A stretch of DNA of 64,000 nt. Source: Rhodobiaceae bacterium (lineage in GTDB: Bacteria > Pseudomonadota > Alphaproteobacteria > Rhizobiales > TMED25). The position numbers were made by a program, and so were the translations under genes. Where the stretch lies: NCBI GenBank assembly GCA_018651345.1, contig JABIEF010000071.1, forward strand, positions 500 to 64,499. Direction: 5' to 3'. This document shows positions 11,276 through 20,062 of this stretch, piece after piece; within the stretch, counting starts at the first letter, position 1, and the number at the start of each line of letters is the position of its first letter. The notes beneath the pieces were generated by a model. It did not search any database, was not told where the DNA came from, and saw nothing but the letters and a program-made list of their open reading frames with translations.

Positions 11276-12099
11276 ATTAGAAAACTTTCTAATATATTTT
11301 TATAATCACCCAGAAATATTATTAATATAAACAAAAATAATGCCGCACCTATCGTTACGCCTATCAGACTATCTGCGCGGTCAATAATTCCACCATGCCC
11401 AGGTATTAAGTTACCAGATTCAGTTGCGTTAAAATGCCTTTTTAAGAAAGATGCAAAAAGATCCCCAATAATTGACGCAACCGACAACAAAGCAAAAGAT
11501 ATTACCATAAGCAAAGTATGGTTAATAAATAAATCATAAAAAAATATACTAAGAAGAGAGGTGCTAATTAAAATACCAAAAAAAGCTCCTGAAATAGTTT
11601 TATTAGGAGATATAGTAGGAGCAAGCTTGGCGCCACCAATCAATTTACCCATAAAATATGCAGAGGTATCAGATAACCATGTCACCAAAAATACCATTAG
11701 AACTAACTCGAAACCATAAATTTTATTTTGCCTAAAAATAATAAGTATAACTGATGGCAATACCGCGTAAACAAAAGAAAATAAATGCCACTGATTTTTT
11801 GAATTAAATAAAATATTATATATAAATATTATGGACGCAAAAAATAAAAAAAGAATAAATAACATAATGAAATTTTGAGTAAAAGCATAAAAATTGACAA
11901 CAATAGAGAATAAGCAAGATAAAATAAATGTTTTATAGCTAATCTCTTTTTGAATTAAATTATTACATTCATATAAAATTAAAATTGATAATGAACTTAA
12001 AATTATAAAATACAAGAGACCGCCTGCCCAAACTGATATTAACAAAAGTGGGATTAAAAACAGTGAAGACAGTATTCTTAATTTTAAATTTTTACTCAT
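11272..12099 (-). CDS. cdsA: phosphatidate cytidylyltransferase
   Basis: A polytopic membrane protein with the CDS signature SFLKRHFNATESGNLIPGHGGIIDRADS. It has a 4-nt ATGA overlap with dxr. Confidence 0.87.
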   Translation of the reverse strand: MSKNLKLRILSSLFLIPLLLISVWAGGLLYFIILSSLSILILYECNNLIQKEISYKTFILSCLFSIVVNFYAFTQNFIMLFILFLFFASIIFIYNILFNSKNQWHLFSFVYAVLPSVILIIFRQNKIYGFELVLMVFLVTWLSDTSAYFMGKLIGGAKLAPTISPNKTISGAFFGILISTSLLSIFFYDLFINHTLLMVISFALLSVASIIGDLFASFLKRHFNATESGNLIPGHGGIIDRADSLIGVTIGAALFLFILIIFLGDYKNILESFLI

Positions 12100-12125
12100 A
12101 TCAATTCCGTTACACTAATTGCTGC

Positions 12126-12848
12126 TCATAAAGCATCTGAGCCAAAACGTCTTTCTCTACCTTGATATTGTGATATTGCTTTTCTAAAAGAAACTTCATC
12201 AAAATCAGGCCAAAGTGTATCTACGAAAACAAACTCTGAATATGCGCATTGCCATAGTAGAAAATTACTTATCCTTTTTTCGCCACTAGTTCTTATAATC
12301 AAATCAGGATCAGGTATATTGGCAGTATCTAAATATTGAGAAATCATTTCTTCATCTATCACACAATTATCAAGCTTACCATCCCTTACGTCAGTAATTA
12401 TCTTGTTTAAAGCTCTAGTTATCTCATTTCTTCCGCTATAATTAAATGCAGCAATTAAGTTTAGCCCCGTATTACTTGACGTAAGAGCCTCAGCCTTTTT
12501 AATTAAATTAAAAATATCTCGATCTAATCCAGTAGAGTTACCAATAACTCTGATTTTAACATTAAGATCTTTTATTAAAGATAGATCGCTTACAACGAAA
12601 GTTTTCAATAGATTCATTAAATTTTTAATTTCACTAACAGGTCTTTTCCAGTTTTCTATACTGAAACTATATAAGGTTAAGTATTTAATATTAAGTTCAG
12701 ATGCAGCACGAACAATTTTTAGCAATGTTTTTGCACCAGTTTTGTGACCCTGCGATACATCTTTATTATTTTTTTCAGCCCACCTTCTGTTGCCATCCAT
12801 AATTATAGCAACATGATCTGGGAAATTATGAATTTGAGTAAACTCCAT
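12126..12848 (-). CDS. uppS: undecaprenyl diphosphate synthase
   Basis: Carries cis-prenyltransferase motifs HVAIIMDGNRRWA and IRTSGEKRISNFLLWQ. Confidence 0.95.
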   Translation of the reverse strand: MEFTQIHNFPDHVAIIMDGNRRWAEKNNKDVSQGHKTGAKTLLKIVRAASELNIKYLTLYSFSIENWKRPVSEIKNLMNLLKTFVVSDLSLIKDLNVKIRVIGNSTGLDRDIFNLIKKAEALTSSNTGLNLIAAFNYSGRNEITRALNKIITDVRDGKLDNCVIDEEMISQYLDTANIPDPDLIIRTSGEKRISNFLLWQCAYSEFVFVDTLWPDFDEVSFRKAISQYQGRERRFGSDAL

Positions 12849-12882
12849 TTATAATGAAAACCTTTATTAAGATAATTTTATT

Positions 12883-13449
12883 CTACACATTCATTATTTC
12901 ACTAACCTTTTGGTTATAGAGTTCATCAACTTCTTTCGTTAGACTATCTGTTATTACTTGTATTTCGATGCCCCAAGTTTTATTCTCATCTTTGCTAATA
13001 TCGCTATTTTTTTCTAATTTTTTTAATTTATCCATTCCATCTCTTCTAACATTTCTAATGGATATTTTTGTATTTTCAGCATACTTTGCAGCAATTTTTG
13101 ATAATTCTTGACGTCTTTCAGTATTTAACTCTGGAAGCGGTATTCTAATTAATTGACCATCAATCATAGGATTAAGACCTAAATCAGATATTCTAATTGC
13201 TTTTTCTATTTGCTCTAACTGAGTTTTATCCCACACTTGAACTGAAATTGACCTTGGCTCAGGAACGCTTATTGTAGACAATTGATTAATTGGTAATTTT
13301 GATCCGTAAGCATCTATAGTAATAGGGTCCAATAAAGATGCGCTAGCACGTCCTGTTCTGAGACCGGCAAAATCATTTTTTAAAGAAGTTATTCCACCTG
13401 TCATTCTTCTTTTTAAGTCTTCAATATCTATCTTGTTAATCTCCGTCAT
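12883..13449 (-). CDS. frr: ribosome recycling factor
   Basis: It is 188 aa with full-length RRF-like sequence (LLDPITIDAYGSKLPINQLSTISVPEPR). It lies in pyrH-frr-uppS order. Confidence 0.95.
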   Translation of the reverse strand: MTEINKIDIEDLKRRMTGGITSLKNDFAGLRTGRASASLLDPITIDAYGSKLPINQLSTISVPEPRSISVQVWDKTQLEQIEKAIRISDLGLNPMIDGQLIRIPLPELNTERRQELSKIAAKYAENTKISIRNVRRDGMDKLKKLEKNSDISKDENKTWGIEIQVITDSLTKEVDELYNQKVSEIMNV

Positions 13450-13470
13450 AACAAATCCTTCCTAATAACC

Positions 13471-14184
13471 TTAACTAACTATTGTAAAGCTGCCGTTTCC
13501 ATGCAGAACTTTATTTAACTCATTTTTCTTTTTTATAGAAAAAACTAAAATAGGCAACATATTTTCATCAGCTAATGAAATTGCAGTCATATCCATGACA
13601 GCTAATTTCTTTTCGAGAACATCACGATAAGTTAGCTTATCAAATTTAATAGCATCATTATATTTATATGGATCTTTGTTATAAATACCATCTACTTTAG
13701 TTGCTTTAAGGATTATATCACAATCCATTTCAAGGCCTCTTATAACGGCAGTTGTATCAGTGGTAAAAAATGGATTTCCCGTTCCTGCAACAAATATTAA
13801 AATATTATTCTTTTCAAATAATTTTTTTGCCTCTTCAATATTATACGAATTACTCACATTCTCAATTTTTAACGCAGAATAAAGAACAACAGGTAAGTCT
13901 AAGTTTTTTAATGAATTTTTTAATGTGATACCGTTAATAATTGTTGAGATCATGCCAACATAATCAGCGTCAGTTCGTTCCATTGAAAATGATTTATTAT
14001 TAACACCCCTAAAGATATTTCCACCACCAATGACTATTGATAATTTAATATTATTATTATAGGCAGTCTTTATTTCATTTGAAATAGAGGTGAGTATATC
14101 AAAATCAATACCAAAAGATTTATCACCCATTAAAACTTCGCCAGAAAGTTTTAGTAATACCTTTTTATATAAAGGTTTAACCAT
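13471..14184 (-). CDS. pyrH: UMP kinase
   Basis: An amino-acid-kinase family protein with N-terminal KVLLKLSGE; 237 aa. It lies in tsf-pyrH-frr order. Confidence 0.95.
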   Translation of the reverse strand: MVKPLYKKVLLKLSGEVLMGDKSFGIDFDILTSISNEIKTAYNNNIKLSIVIGGGNIFRGVNNKSFSMERTDADYVGMISTIINGITLKNSLKNLDLPVVLYSALKIENVSNSYNIEEAKKLFEKNNILIFVAGTGNPFFTTDTTAVIRGLEMDCDIILKATKVDGIYNKDPYKYNDAIKFDKLTYRDVLEKKLAVMDMTAISLADENMLPILVFSIKKKNELNKVLHGNGSFTIVS

Positions 14185-14232
14185 TTGACCTCTTGTATAT
14201 TCCTGAAAAGAGAAAATTATGAGCGTATAATA

Positions 14233-15150
14233 TTATGATTTTGCTATAGTTGCAGCAACTTCATCTGCAAAGTTATCTTCTTTCTTTTCTAAACCTTCAC
14301 CCAGCTCCATTCTAATAAAGCTTAATAATTTAATTGGATGTCCAATCTCTTTAGATTTACTTGCTATTAAATTATTAATTTTTGTTTCGTTATCTATAAC
14401 AAACGTTTGTGACATTAAAACGTTTTCTTCTAGAAATTTATTAATTTTTCCTTCTACCATTTTTTCAATTATATTTTGAGGCCTGCCTGTTTCGTTTGCC
14501 TGCTCTGTTATAATTGCCCTCTCTTTACTTAGTATATCTTTATCAACATCATCTATATTTAGCGAAATTGGATTTAGTGCGGCTACGTGCATTGCAATCT
14601 GTTTTCCTAAATCTACAACCAAACTAGTATCTGCAGTTGTTTCAATTGAAAGCAAAACTCCTATTTTACCTAGGTTATTAGCAACAGAATTATGAATATA
14701 ACTTACAATCAAACCCTCGTCGATAGTAAGAGACTTAGATCTTCTTAAATTTAAATTTTCACCAATTGTAGTAATTTTTTCCTTAATTTCCTCAGCAACT
14801 GTTATTTTACTATTTGGATATGTTTCATTTAGAAGATCTTCTGAGTTTATTGAAACCGATAAAATATCTGTAACAAGATTTTGGAATTCCACGTTCCTCG
14901 CAACGAAATCTGTTTCAGAATTTAACTCAATAATTGCAGCTGCGTTACCTTTTACAATTGTACCAATTAATCCTTCTGAGGCAATTCTATCAGCTTTTTT
15001 TGCTGCTTTTGAGATACCTTTTGCCCTAAGCCAATCAATTGCTTCTGAGATATCACCTCCCGTTTCCGCTAATGCATTTTTACAATCCATCATACCAACG
15101 CCAGTCTTTTCCCTTAAATTCTTAACCATTTGAGCTGTAATATTCGTCAT
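14233..15150 (-). CDS. tsf: elongation factor Ts
   Basis: Has the N-terminal UBA-like domain ITAQMVKNLREKTGVGMMDCKNALAETGGD; 305 aa. It lies immediately downstream of rpsB. Confidence 0.95.
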   Translation of the reverse strand: MTNITAQMVKNLREKTGVGMMDCKNALAETGGDISEAIDWLRAKGISKAAKKADRIASEGLIGTIVKGNAAAIIELNSETDFVARNVEFQNLVTDILSVSINSEDLLNETYPNSKITVAEEIKEKITTIGENLNLRRSKSLTIDEGLIVSYIHNSVANNLGKIGVLLSIETTADTSLVVDLGKQIAMHVAALNPISLNIDDVDKDILSKERAIITEQANETGRPQNIIEKMVEGKINKFLEENVLMSQTFVIDNETKINNLIASKSKEIGHPIKLLSFIRMELGEGLEKKEDNFADEVAATIAKS

Positions 15151-15209
15151 TATCTTTTCACTTATCTTAAAAATTGAAATTAAAAAAAATTACTAATATT
15201 AATTGGATA

Positions 15210-16091
15210 CTATTTGCTATCCAATTCACCTACAGAAGGCACCGCATTGTCATCAGAAGAAACATCTTTATCTTTTTCAATTATTGAGGCTGTAGTTTTT
15301 GCAACAACATCATTAATTTTAGGTTCTGCTTCTAATGCAGCTTTGTCTTCTGTGGATAAATTTGGCTCAATGCTTTCGCCAATATCAATACCAGATTTTA
15401 CAACTGATTCTGAAATACCGTCTAATATGGCCTTTTCCACAAGACCGCAATATAGTTCAATAGCTCTAGATGCATCATCATTACCTGGAATTGGATAATC
15501 TATCCCATCAGGGTTAGAATTTGTATCTAGAACAGCAACTACAGGTATATTTAGTTTCTTTGCTTCTTGAATTGCAATCGCTTCTTTATTTGAATCAATA
15601 ACAAACAGTATAGAAGGCACCCCACCCATATCCTTAATACCGCCGATAGCACGATTAAGTTTATTGTATTGTCGCGTCATCTTAAGAACTTCTTTTTTTG
15701 TTAAACCTTGATTTTCGTCTTTTAGAGATTCTTCTAATTGCTTAAAACGTTTTATTGAATTTGATACCGTTTTCCAGTTCGTTAAGGTTCCACCCATCCA
15801 GACATGGTTTATATAGTACTGAGCTGATCTTTTAGCTGATTCTGAAATATGATCTGATGCTTGCCGTTTTGTTCCAACAAACAGAATACGTCCACCTGAT
15901 GCTGCAACATTTCTTATAGCAAGTAATGCCTGATGCAATAGTGGTACAGTTTGAGATAAATCTATTATGTGGACTCCGTTTCTTTTTCCAAAGATAAACG
16001 GTTCCATCTTGGGGTTCCATCTTTGTTTTTTATGACCAAAGTGAATACCTGCTTCTAATAACTCACGCATTGAAAATTCTGGTAATGACAT
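15210..16091 (-). CDS. rpsB: 30S ribosomal protein S2
   Basis: The ATG at 16091 gives [20 protein letters not shown], the canonical S2 N-terminus. AGGAG (16098-16102) lies 6 nt upstream. The ORF-track GTG at 16121 is rejected. The protein has an acidic C-terminal tail. Confidence 0.95.
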   Translation of the reverse strand: MSLPEFSMRELLEAGIHFGHKKQRWNPKMEPFIFGKRNGVHIIDLSQTVPLLHQALLAIRNVAASGGRILFVGTKRQASDHISESAKRSAQYYINHVWMGGTLTNWKTVSNSIKRFKQLEESLKDENQGLTKKEVLKMTRQYNKLNRAIGGIKDMGGVPSILFVIDSNKEAIAIQEAKKLNIPVVAVLDTNSNPDGIDYPIPGNDDASRAIELYCGLVEKAILDGISESVVKSGIDIGESIEPNLSTEDKAALEAEPKINDVVAKTTASIIEKDKDVSSDDNAVPSVGELDSK

Positions 16092-16207
16092 TTTTTTCTC
16101 CTGATCCGGTTTTGTCCCCACAAAGCTATGATTTTATAAATAAAACACCGGGTCACGCTCTGTGTATGTGATAATTGTTTTATATGATGTAATATAAAAA
16201 AATACAA
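16092..16207 (-). promoter_or_regulatory. candidate sigma70-type promoter plus ~80-nt structured 5' leader of rpsB-tsf
   Basis: On the minus strand there is TTGTAT (16202-16207), a 17-nt spacer, then TATAAA (16179-16184). Downstream, complementary G/C-containing arms CCGGUGUUUU (16142-16151) and AAAACCGG (16106-16113) enclose 28 nt and end 3 nt before the SD. Confidence 0.35.
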
Positions 16208-16238
16208 GAAAGATTTAAAAAAATAACACTAAATTTAT

Positions 16239-19200
16239 TTAATTAACATTGTCTACCGAAACAATACCAGGGATAGAAATTATATCAGCTTCGATCTTTT
16301 GGTTAAATAAAAAATAATCTCCAAGTTTTAACTCTATTTGCTTTTTTAATTTCTTATCGTAGAAGGCTATATAAATAATGCTACTACCACTATCAACAAC
16401 CAACTTTGAAACAACTTCTTCGATCGACGCATCCTCTTTCAAAACTATTCTAAAAATCTTCTTTTCATGTTCTTCTGATACCAGTGGTTTTGTGACATTT
16501 TGTTCAATTGGCATGGCATTATTAGCCTCACCTTCATCTAAATTTCTACAAAGCTCACTATCAATAATTTGAACATCATTAATTTTTAAACGAATCCTCT
16601 CCGATTCTAATTCAGCTTCAACTTTAACAATTACAGTATTGCCAACTACCAATATATCACTATATTTATTCAAAATATCAGAGAAAACAACCGTCTCGTA
16701 TTCATCGCTAGAATCAGAGAATTTAATAAAGGAGTAATTTCTACCTGTCTTTCCTCTTCTATCCATTCTATTTATAATTATACCTGCTAGTCTTGCTTCT
16801 TTATGCGATTTAGTAAGAACATTCTCCTTAAAATCAACCCAAAACGAAACCCTTTGTTTTTTAAAATAAGTACTATAGCTATCCAAAGGATGCCCTGAAA
16901 TATAAGTACCTATTGAATTAAACTCGTTATTTAACCTTGTAATCTCATCCCAGTTTTTTGTATCAGAAAGTATAAATTGATTTTCAGGAGAATCCTCTAA
17001 ATTACCAAATATGTCAGCCTGCCCATCATGCTTCTTATTGAATATTCGATTTGCTTCAGAAAGCAACAATTCTATATTCTTGAATAACTTAGCTCTGTTT
17101 TTTTCCATGCCATCAAATGCTCCTGCGCATATTAGGCTTTCAAAGGATCTCTTATTAACAAAATGTGGGTCAATTCTTGATATAAAATCAGTTACCGATT
17201 TATATTCTCCATTTTCATCCCTTTCCTCACAGATATATTTAACAGATTGATTGCCAACATTTTTCAATGCCGCCAATGAGAATCTTATGGATTTACCTTC
17301 AATTCTAAAGTCAATATTTGAACTATTAATTGAGGGTGGAAGTATTGCAATATTCATTCTTTTTGTTTCTGAAACAAAATTTGCTAATTTGTCAGCATTT
17401 CCAATATCTAAAGTCAACAATGCAGACATAAAAGCTAGCGGATAGTTCGCTTTTAAATAAGCGGTTTGATAGGCTATAAGAGCATAAGCAGCTGAATGAG
17501 CTTTATTAAAGCCATAGCCTGCAAATTTATCAACTAAATTGAATATATATTCAGATCGTTTTCTATCGACACCATTTTCAGCGGCTCCGCTTATGAATTT
17601 ATCTCTTTGAGCGTCCATTTCTGATTTTATTTTCTTACCCATTGCGCGTCTTAATAGGTCTGCTTCACCGGCAGAAAATCCGGATAATTTTTGAGCAATT
17701 TGTATTACCTGTTCTTGGTAAATTACAACACCATAAGTTTCAGCTATTATTGGCTCTATAAGTTCATGTAACTTTTCTGGTTCCTCTTTCCCATGCTTAG
17801 ATGCAAGATACTTTGGAATATTTTCCATTGGGCCTGGCCTAAATAGCGCAACAAGGGCAATTAAATCATCAAAATTTTCTGGCTGTGCCTTAACCAATAA
17901 ATCCTTCATACCAGGACTTTCAAATTGAAATACGCCAGATGTCTCTCCGTCCTTAAAAAGCTTGAGAGTAGGAATATCATTAAGTGGTATTAGTTGTATA
18001 TCGAGATTAATATCTATTGATATTAACTGTTTAACGCATTCACTAATAACAGTTAAAGTCTTTAATCCCAATATATCAAATTTTACCAATCCTGCTTGTT
18101 CGGCCCATTTCATGTTAAATTGTGTTACAGGTATCTCCGTTCGCGGATCACGATACAGTGGCACAAGTTCAACAAGAGGCCTGTCACCAATTACAACTCC
18201 TGCCGCGTGTGTAGAGGCATGCCTATTTAAACCCTCTAAAGACACGCCTATTTTTAGCAACTTATCAACCATCTCATCTTCATCTCTTGCGGTTTGTAGA
18301 TTTTTTTCGCTCTCTATAGCCTCAGACAAAGTCATTGGATTTGCTGGGTTATTTGGTACTAATTTACATAATCTATCAACTTGATTATAAGGCATTTGTA
18401 AAACCCTACCGACGTCTCTTAGCACAGCTCTGGATTGCAACTTTCCAAACGTAATAATTTGTGCAACTTTATCATGACCATAATGATCCCTTATATGGTT
18501 TATAACCTCATCTCTTCTGTCGGGGCAAAAATCAATATCAAAATCAGGCATTGAAATACGATAGGGGTTTAAAAACCTTTCAAATACTAATCCAAATTTT
18601 ATTGGATCTAGGTCAGTTATGCTTAATGACCACGCAACCAGAGAACCTGCTCCAGATCCTCTTCCTGGGCCTACAGGAATTTTATGATCTTTGGACCAAT
18701 TGATAATCTCTGAAACTATCAAAAAATAACCAGGATAATCCATGTCAATAATGATCTTTAATTCATTTTCTAGTCTTTTTTCATAATCAGATATTGTATA
18801 ATTATCTGATATACCAAATTGTTTAATTCTATTAGATAAGCCACTTTTAGCTATATCAATTAAAATATCTGACTCATTATCAAATTTTTTGTAATTTTCA
18901 TTTGTCTTTATATTATCTGTAAATTTTGGTAAAATTGGGTCCCTTGTCATCGGCCTCTCGATGCATCTGATTGCAATTTCTATTGTATTGTTAATAGCCT
19001 CAGGTAAATCTAAAAAAAGTTCTTTCATATCAATGGGTGATTTAAAATAATTTTCAGACGTCAGTCTGAATCTATTTTCATTAGCAACATAATCTGATTC
19101 AGCTATACATCTTAAAGCATCATTTGATTCAAAGTCATTTTTAGTTTTAAAAAAAATATTATTAGTCGCAACAATTGGAATATCCATATCATAGGCCATA

Positions 19201-19784
19201 TTTAGCTGCCTATCCTCAATTAGACTTTCACCAACGGCGAGATGTCTTTGTATTTCTATATAAACTCGATCATTAAATGTATTTTTAATTAATTTAAGTT
19301 TTTGGAAAGCGTCATCATTTTTATTTGCAAGCAAATCTTTGCCGATAAAACCTTCTAGGCCACCAGTTAAAATTATCAAATCCTCATTATTTTTAATCAG
19401 GTAATCGATATTTACGAACGGTATGATTGCATTCTGCAAATTATAAGAATTACTTGAAATCTTCATTAAATTTTTATAACCGTTATTATTTTTTGCCAAC
19501 AAGCATACTTTAGATAACTCAGTTACACCAACTGCTTTATTATCAACAGTATCATTATTAAAGTTTAGATTAATCGTGCATCCTACAATAGGCTGTATTC
19601 CAGAAGTTGCCATATATTCAGAAAACTCTAAAGCGCCAAATAAATTATTTGAATCGGTTAGCCCGATAGCCGGAATATTGTATTCATGACAAAGTTCTGC
19701 TATTTGCTTAAAATGCAATGACCCTTCTAGTAACGAATAAGTTGATCTTGCTCTTAAATGTATAAAATCAGGATTTTTCACCAA
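16239..19784 (-). CDS. dnaE: DNA polymerase III alpha subunit
   Basis: It is 1181 aa with a PHP domain N-terminus (FIHLRARSTYSLLEGS), polymerase core (MPDFDIDF) and C-terminal OB-fold region. The start is TTG 19784 or GTG 19781, with GGAG upstream. Confidence 0.97.
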   Translation of the reverse strand: MVKNPDFIHLRARSTYSLLEGSLHFKQIAELCHEYNIPAIGLTDSNNLFGALEFSEYMATSGIQPIVGCTINLNFNNDTVDNKAVGVTELSKVCLLAKNNNGYKNLMKISSNSYNLQNAIIPFVNIDYLIKNNEDLIILTGGLEGFIGKDLLANKNDDAFQKLKLIKNTFNDRVYIEIQRHLAVGESLIEDRQLNMAYDMDIPIVATNNIFFKTKNDFESNDALRCIAESDYVANENRFRLTSENYFKSPIDMKELFLDLPEAINNTIEIAIRCIERPMTRDPILPKFTDNIKTNENYKKFDNESDILIDIAKSGLSNRIKQFGISDNYTISDYEKRLENELKIIIDMDYPGYFLIVSEIINWSKDHKIPVGPGRGSGAGSLVAWSLSITDLDPIKFGLVFERFLNPYRISMPDFDIDFCPDRRDEVINHIRDHYGHDKVAQIITFGKLQSRAVLRDVGRVLQMPYNQVDRLCKLVPNNPANPMTLSEAIESEKNLQTARDEDEMVDKLLKIGVSLEGLNRHASTHAAGVVIGDRPLVELVPLYRDPRTEIPVTQFNMKWAEQAGLVKFDILGLKTLTVISECVKQLISIDINLDIQLIPLNDIPTLKLFKDGETSGVFQFESPGMKDLLVKAQPENFDDLIALVALFRPGPMENIPKYLASKHGKEEPEKLHELIEPIIAETYGVVIYQEQVIQIAQKLSGFSAGEADLLRRAMGKKIKSEMDAQRDKFISGAAENGVDRKRSEYIFNLVDKFAGYGFNKAHSAAYALIAYQTAYLKANYPLAFMSALLTLDIGNADKLANFVSETKRMNIAILPPSINSSNIDFRIEGKSIRFSLAALKNVGNQSVKYICEERDENGEYKSVTDFISRIDPHFVNKRSFESLICAGAFDGMEKNRAKLFKNIELLLSEANRIFNKKHDGQADIFGNLEDSPENQFILSDTKNWDEITRLNNEFNSIGTYISGHPLDSYSTYFKKQRVSFWVDFKENVLTKSHKEARLAGIIINRMDRRGKTGRNYSFIKFSDSSDEYETVVFSDILNKYSDILVVGNTVIVKVEAELESERIRLKINDVQIIDSELCRNLDEGEANNAMPIEQNVTKPLVSEEHEKKIFRIVLKEDASIEEVVSKLVVDSGSSIIYIAFYDKKLKKQIELKLGDYFLFNQKIEADIISIPGIVSVDNVN

Positions 19785-19875
19785 TTAATGCTCCAAAAAT
19801 TTATATCATTTTGTATGAACATTTTGACAAAGTCACTGTTATGTGGAAGATTATTAAAGTACAGATTAATTCAGC

Positions 19876-19884
19876 TGTGGATAA
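19876..19884 (-). promoter_or_regulatory. consensus DnaA box (TTATCCACA)
   Basis: The plus strand reads TGTGGATAA, the exact reverse complement of the 9-mer DnaA-box consensus, about 92 nt upstream of the dnaE start. A degenerate same-orientation copy, TGTGGAAGA, lies at 19842-19850. Function is unproven. Confidence 0.3.
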
Positions 19885-20062
19885 TGATAGAATTAAAATG
19901 AAAGCAAAATTTCTGACCATTTAATTAGCATAATAAAAAAAACTAACATTGAACTTAGTGCCATAAAATCTTTGAGGTAGGCTTTACTGGTATTAATTAA
20001 ATTCATACTATATTCCTTTTTTGTTTATGTTATGTTCTAATTTTGTTCTTTTGTCAAGTATA

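Noticed and set aside
16092-16121. N-terminal extensions given by the longest-ORF track. These are rpsB GTG 16121, bamA TTG 8877, fabZ TTG 5444, hemA TTG 49405, pyrE TTG 60259, ldt ATG 50933, metC TTG 20021, apbC GTG 22743 and gltA ATG 667.
   Set aside because: Downstream starts give canonical N-termini or signal peptides and/or have better SD sequences. The extensions are treated as non-coding, though some uncertainty remains for lpxB, era, nusB and apbC.
17962-18384. Long antisense ORFs inside well-conserved genes. Examples are 17962-18384 (+) in dnaE, 22049-22459 (+) in apbC, 23057-23401 (+) in the permease, 29148-29516 (+) across the hom/aminotransferase junction, 41001-41276 (+) in hppA, 56532-56885 (+) in era, 61909-62247 (+) in spoT and 63276-63596 (-) in udg. 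The shorter ones in the ORF track belong to the same class.
   Set aside because: All lie opposite genes with unambiguous family signatures. Their translations are low-complexity (S/L/I/A/P-rich) with no recognisable motifs, and they lack SD sequences. They are the usual shadow ORFs produced by codon bias on the complementary strand.
19893-20006. A 37-codon minus-strand ORF (MNLINTSKAYLKDFMALSSMLVFFIMLIKWSEILLSF) in the dnaE/metC spacer.
   Set aside because: It has no SD and no recognisable family, and such short ORFs are expected by chance. It cannot be supported without conservation or ribosome-profiling data.
19785-20062. Possible chromosomal origin (oriC) because of the exact DnaA box in the largest AT-rich spacer.
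   Set aside because: There is only one exact box plus one degenerate box. Gene orientation does not flip at this point, since genes on both sides are mostly on the minus strand. No dnaA, hemE or parAB-type origin-neighbour genes are present. It is kept only as a possible regulatory site.
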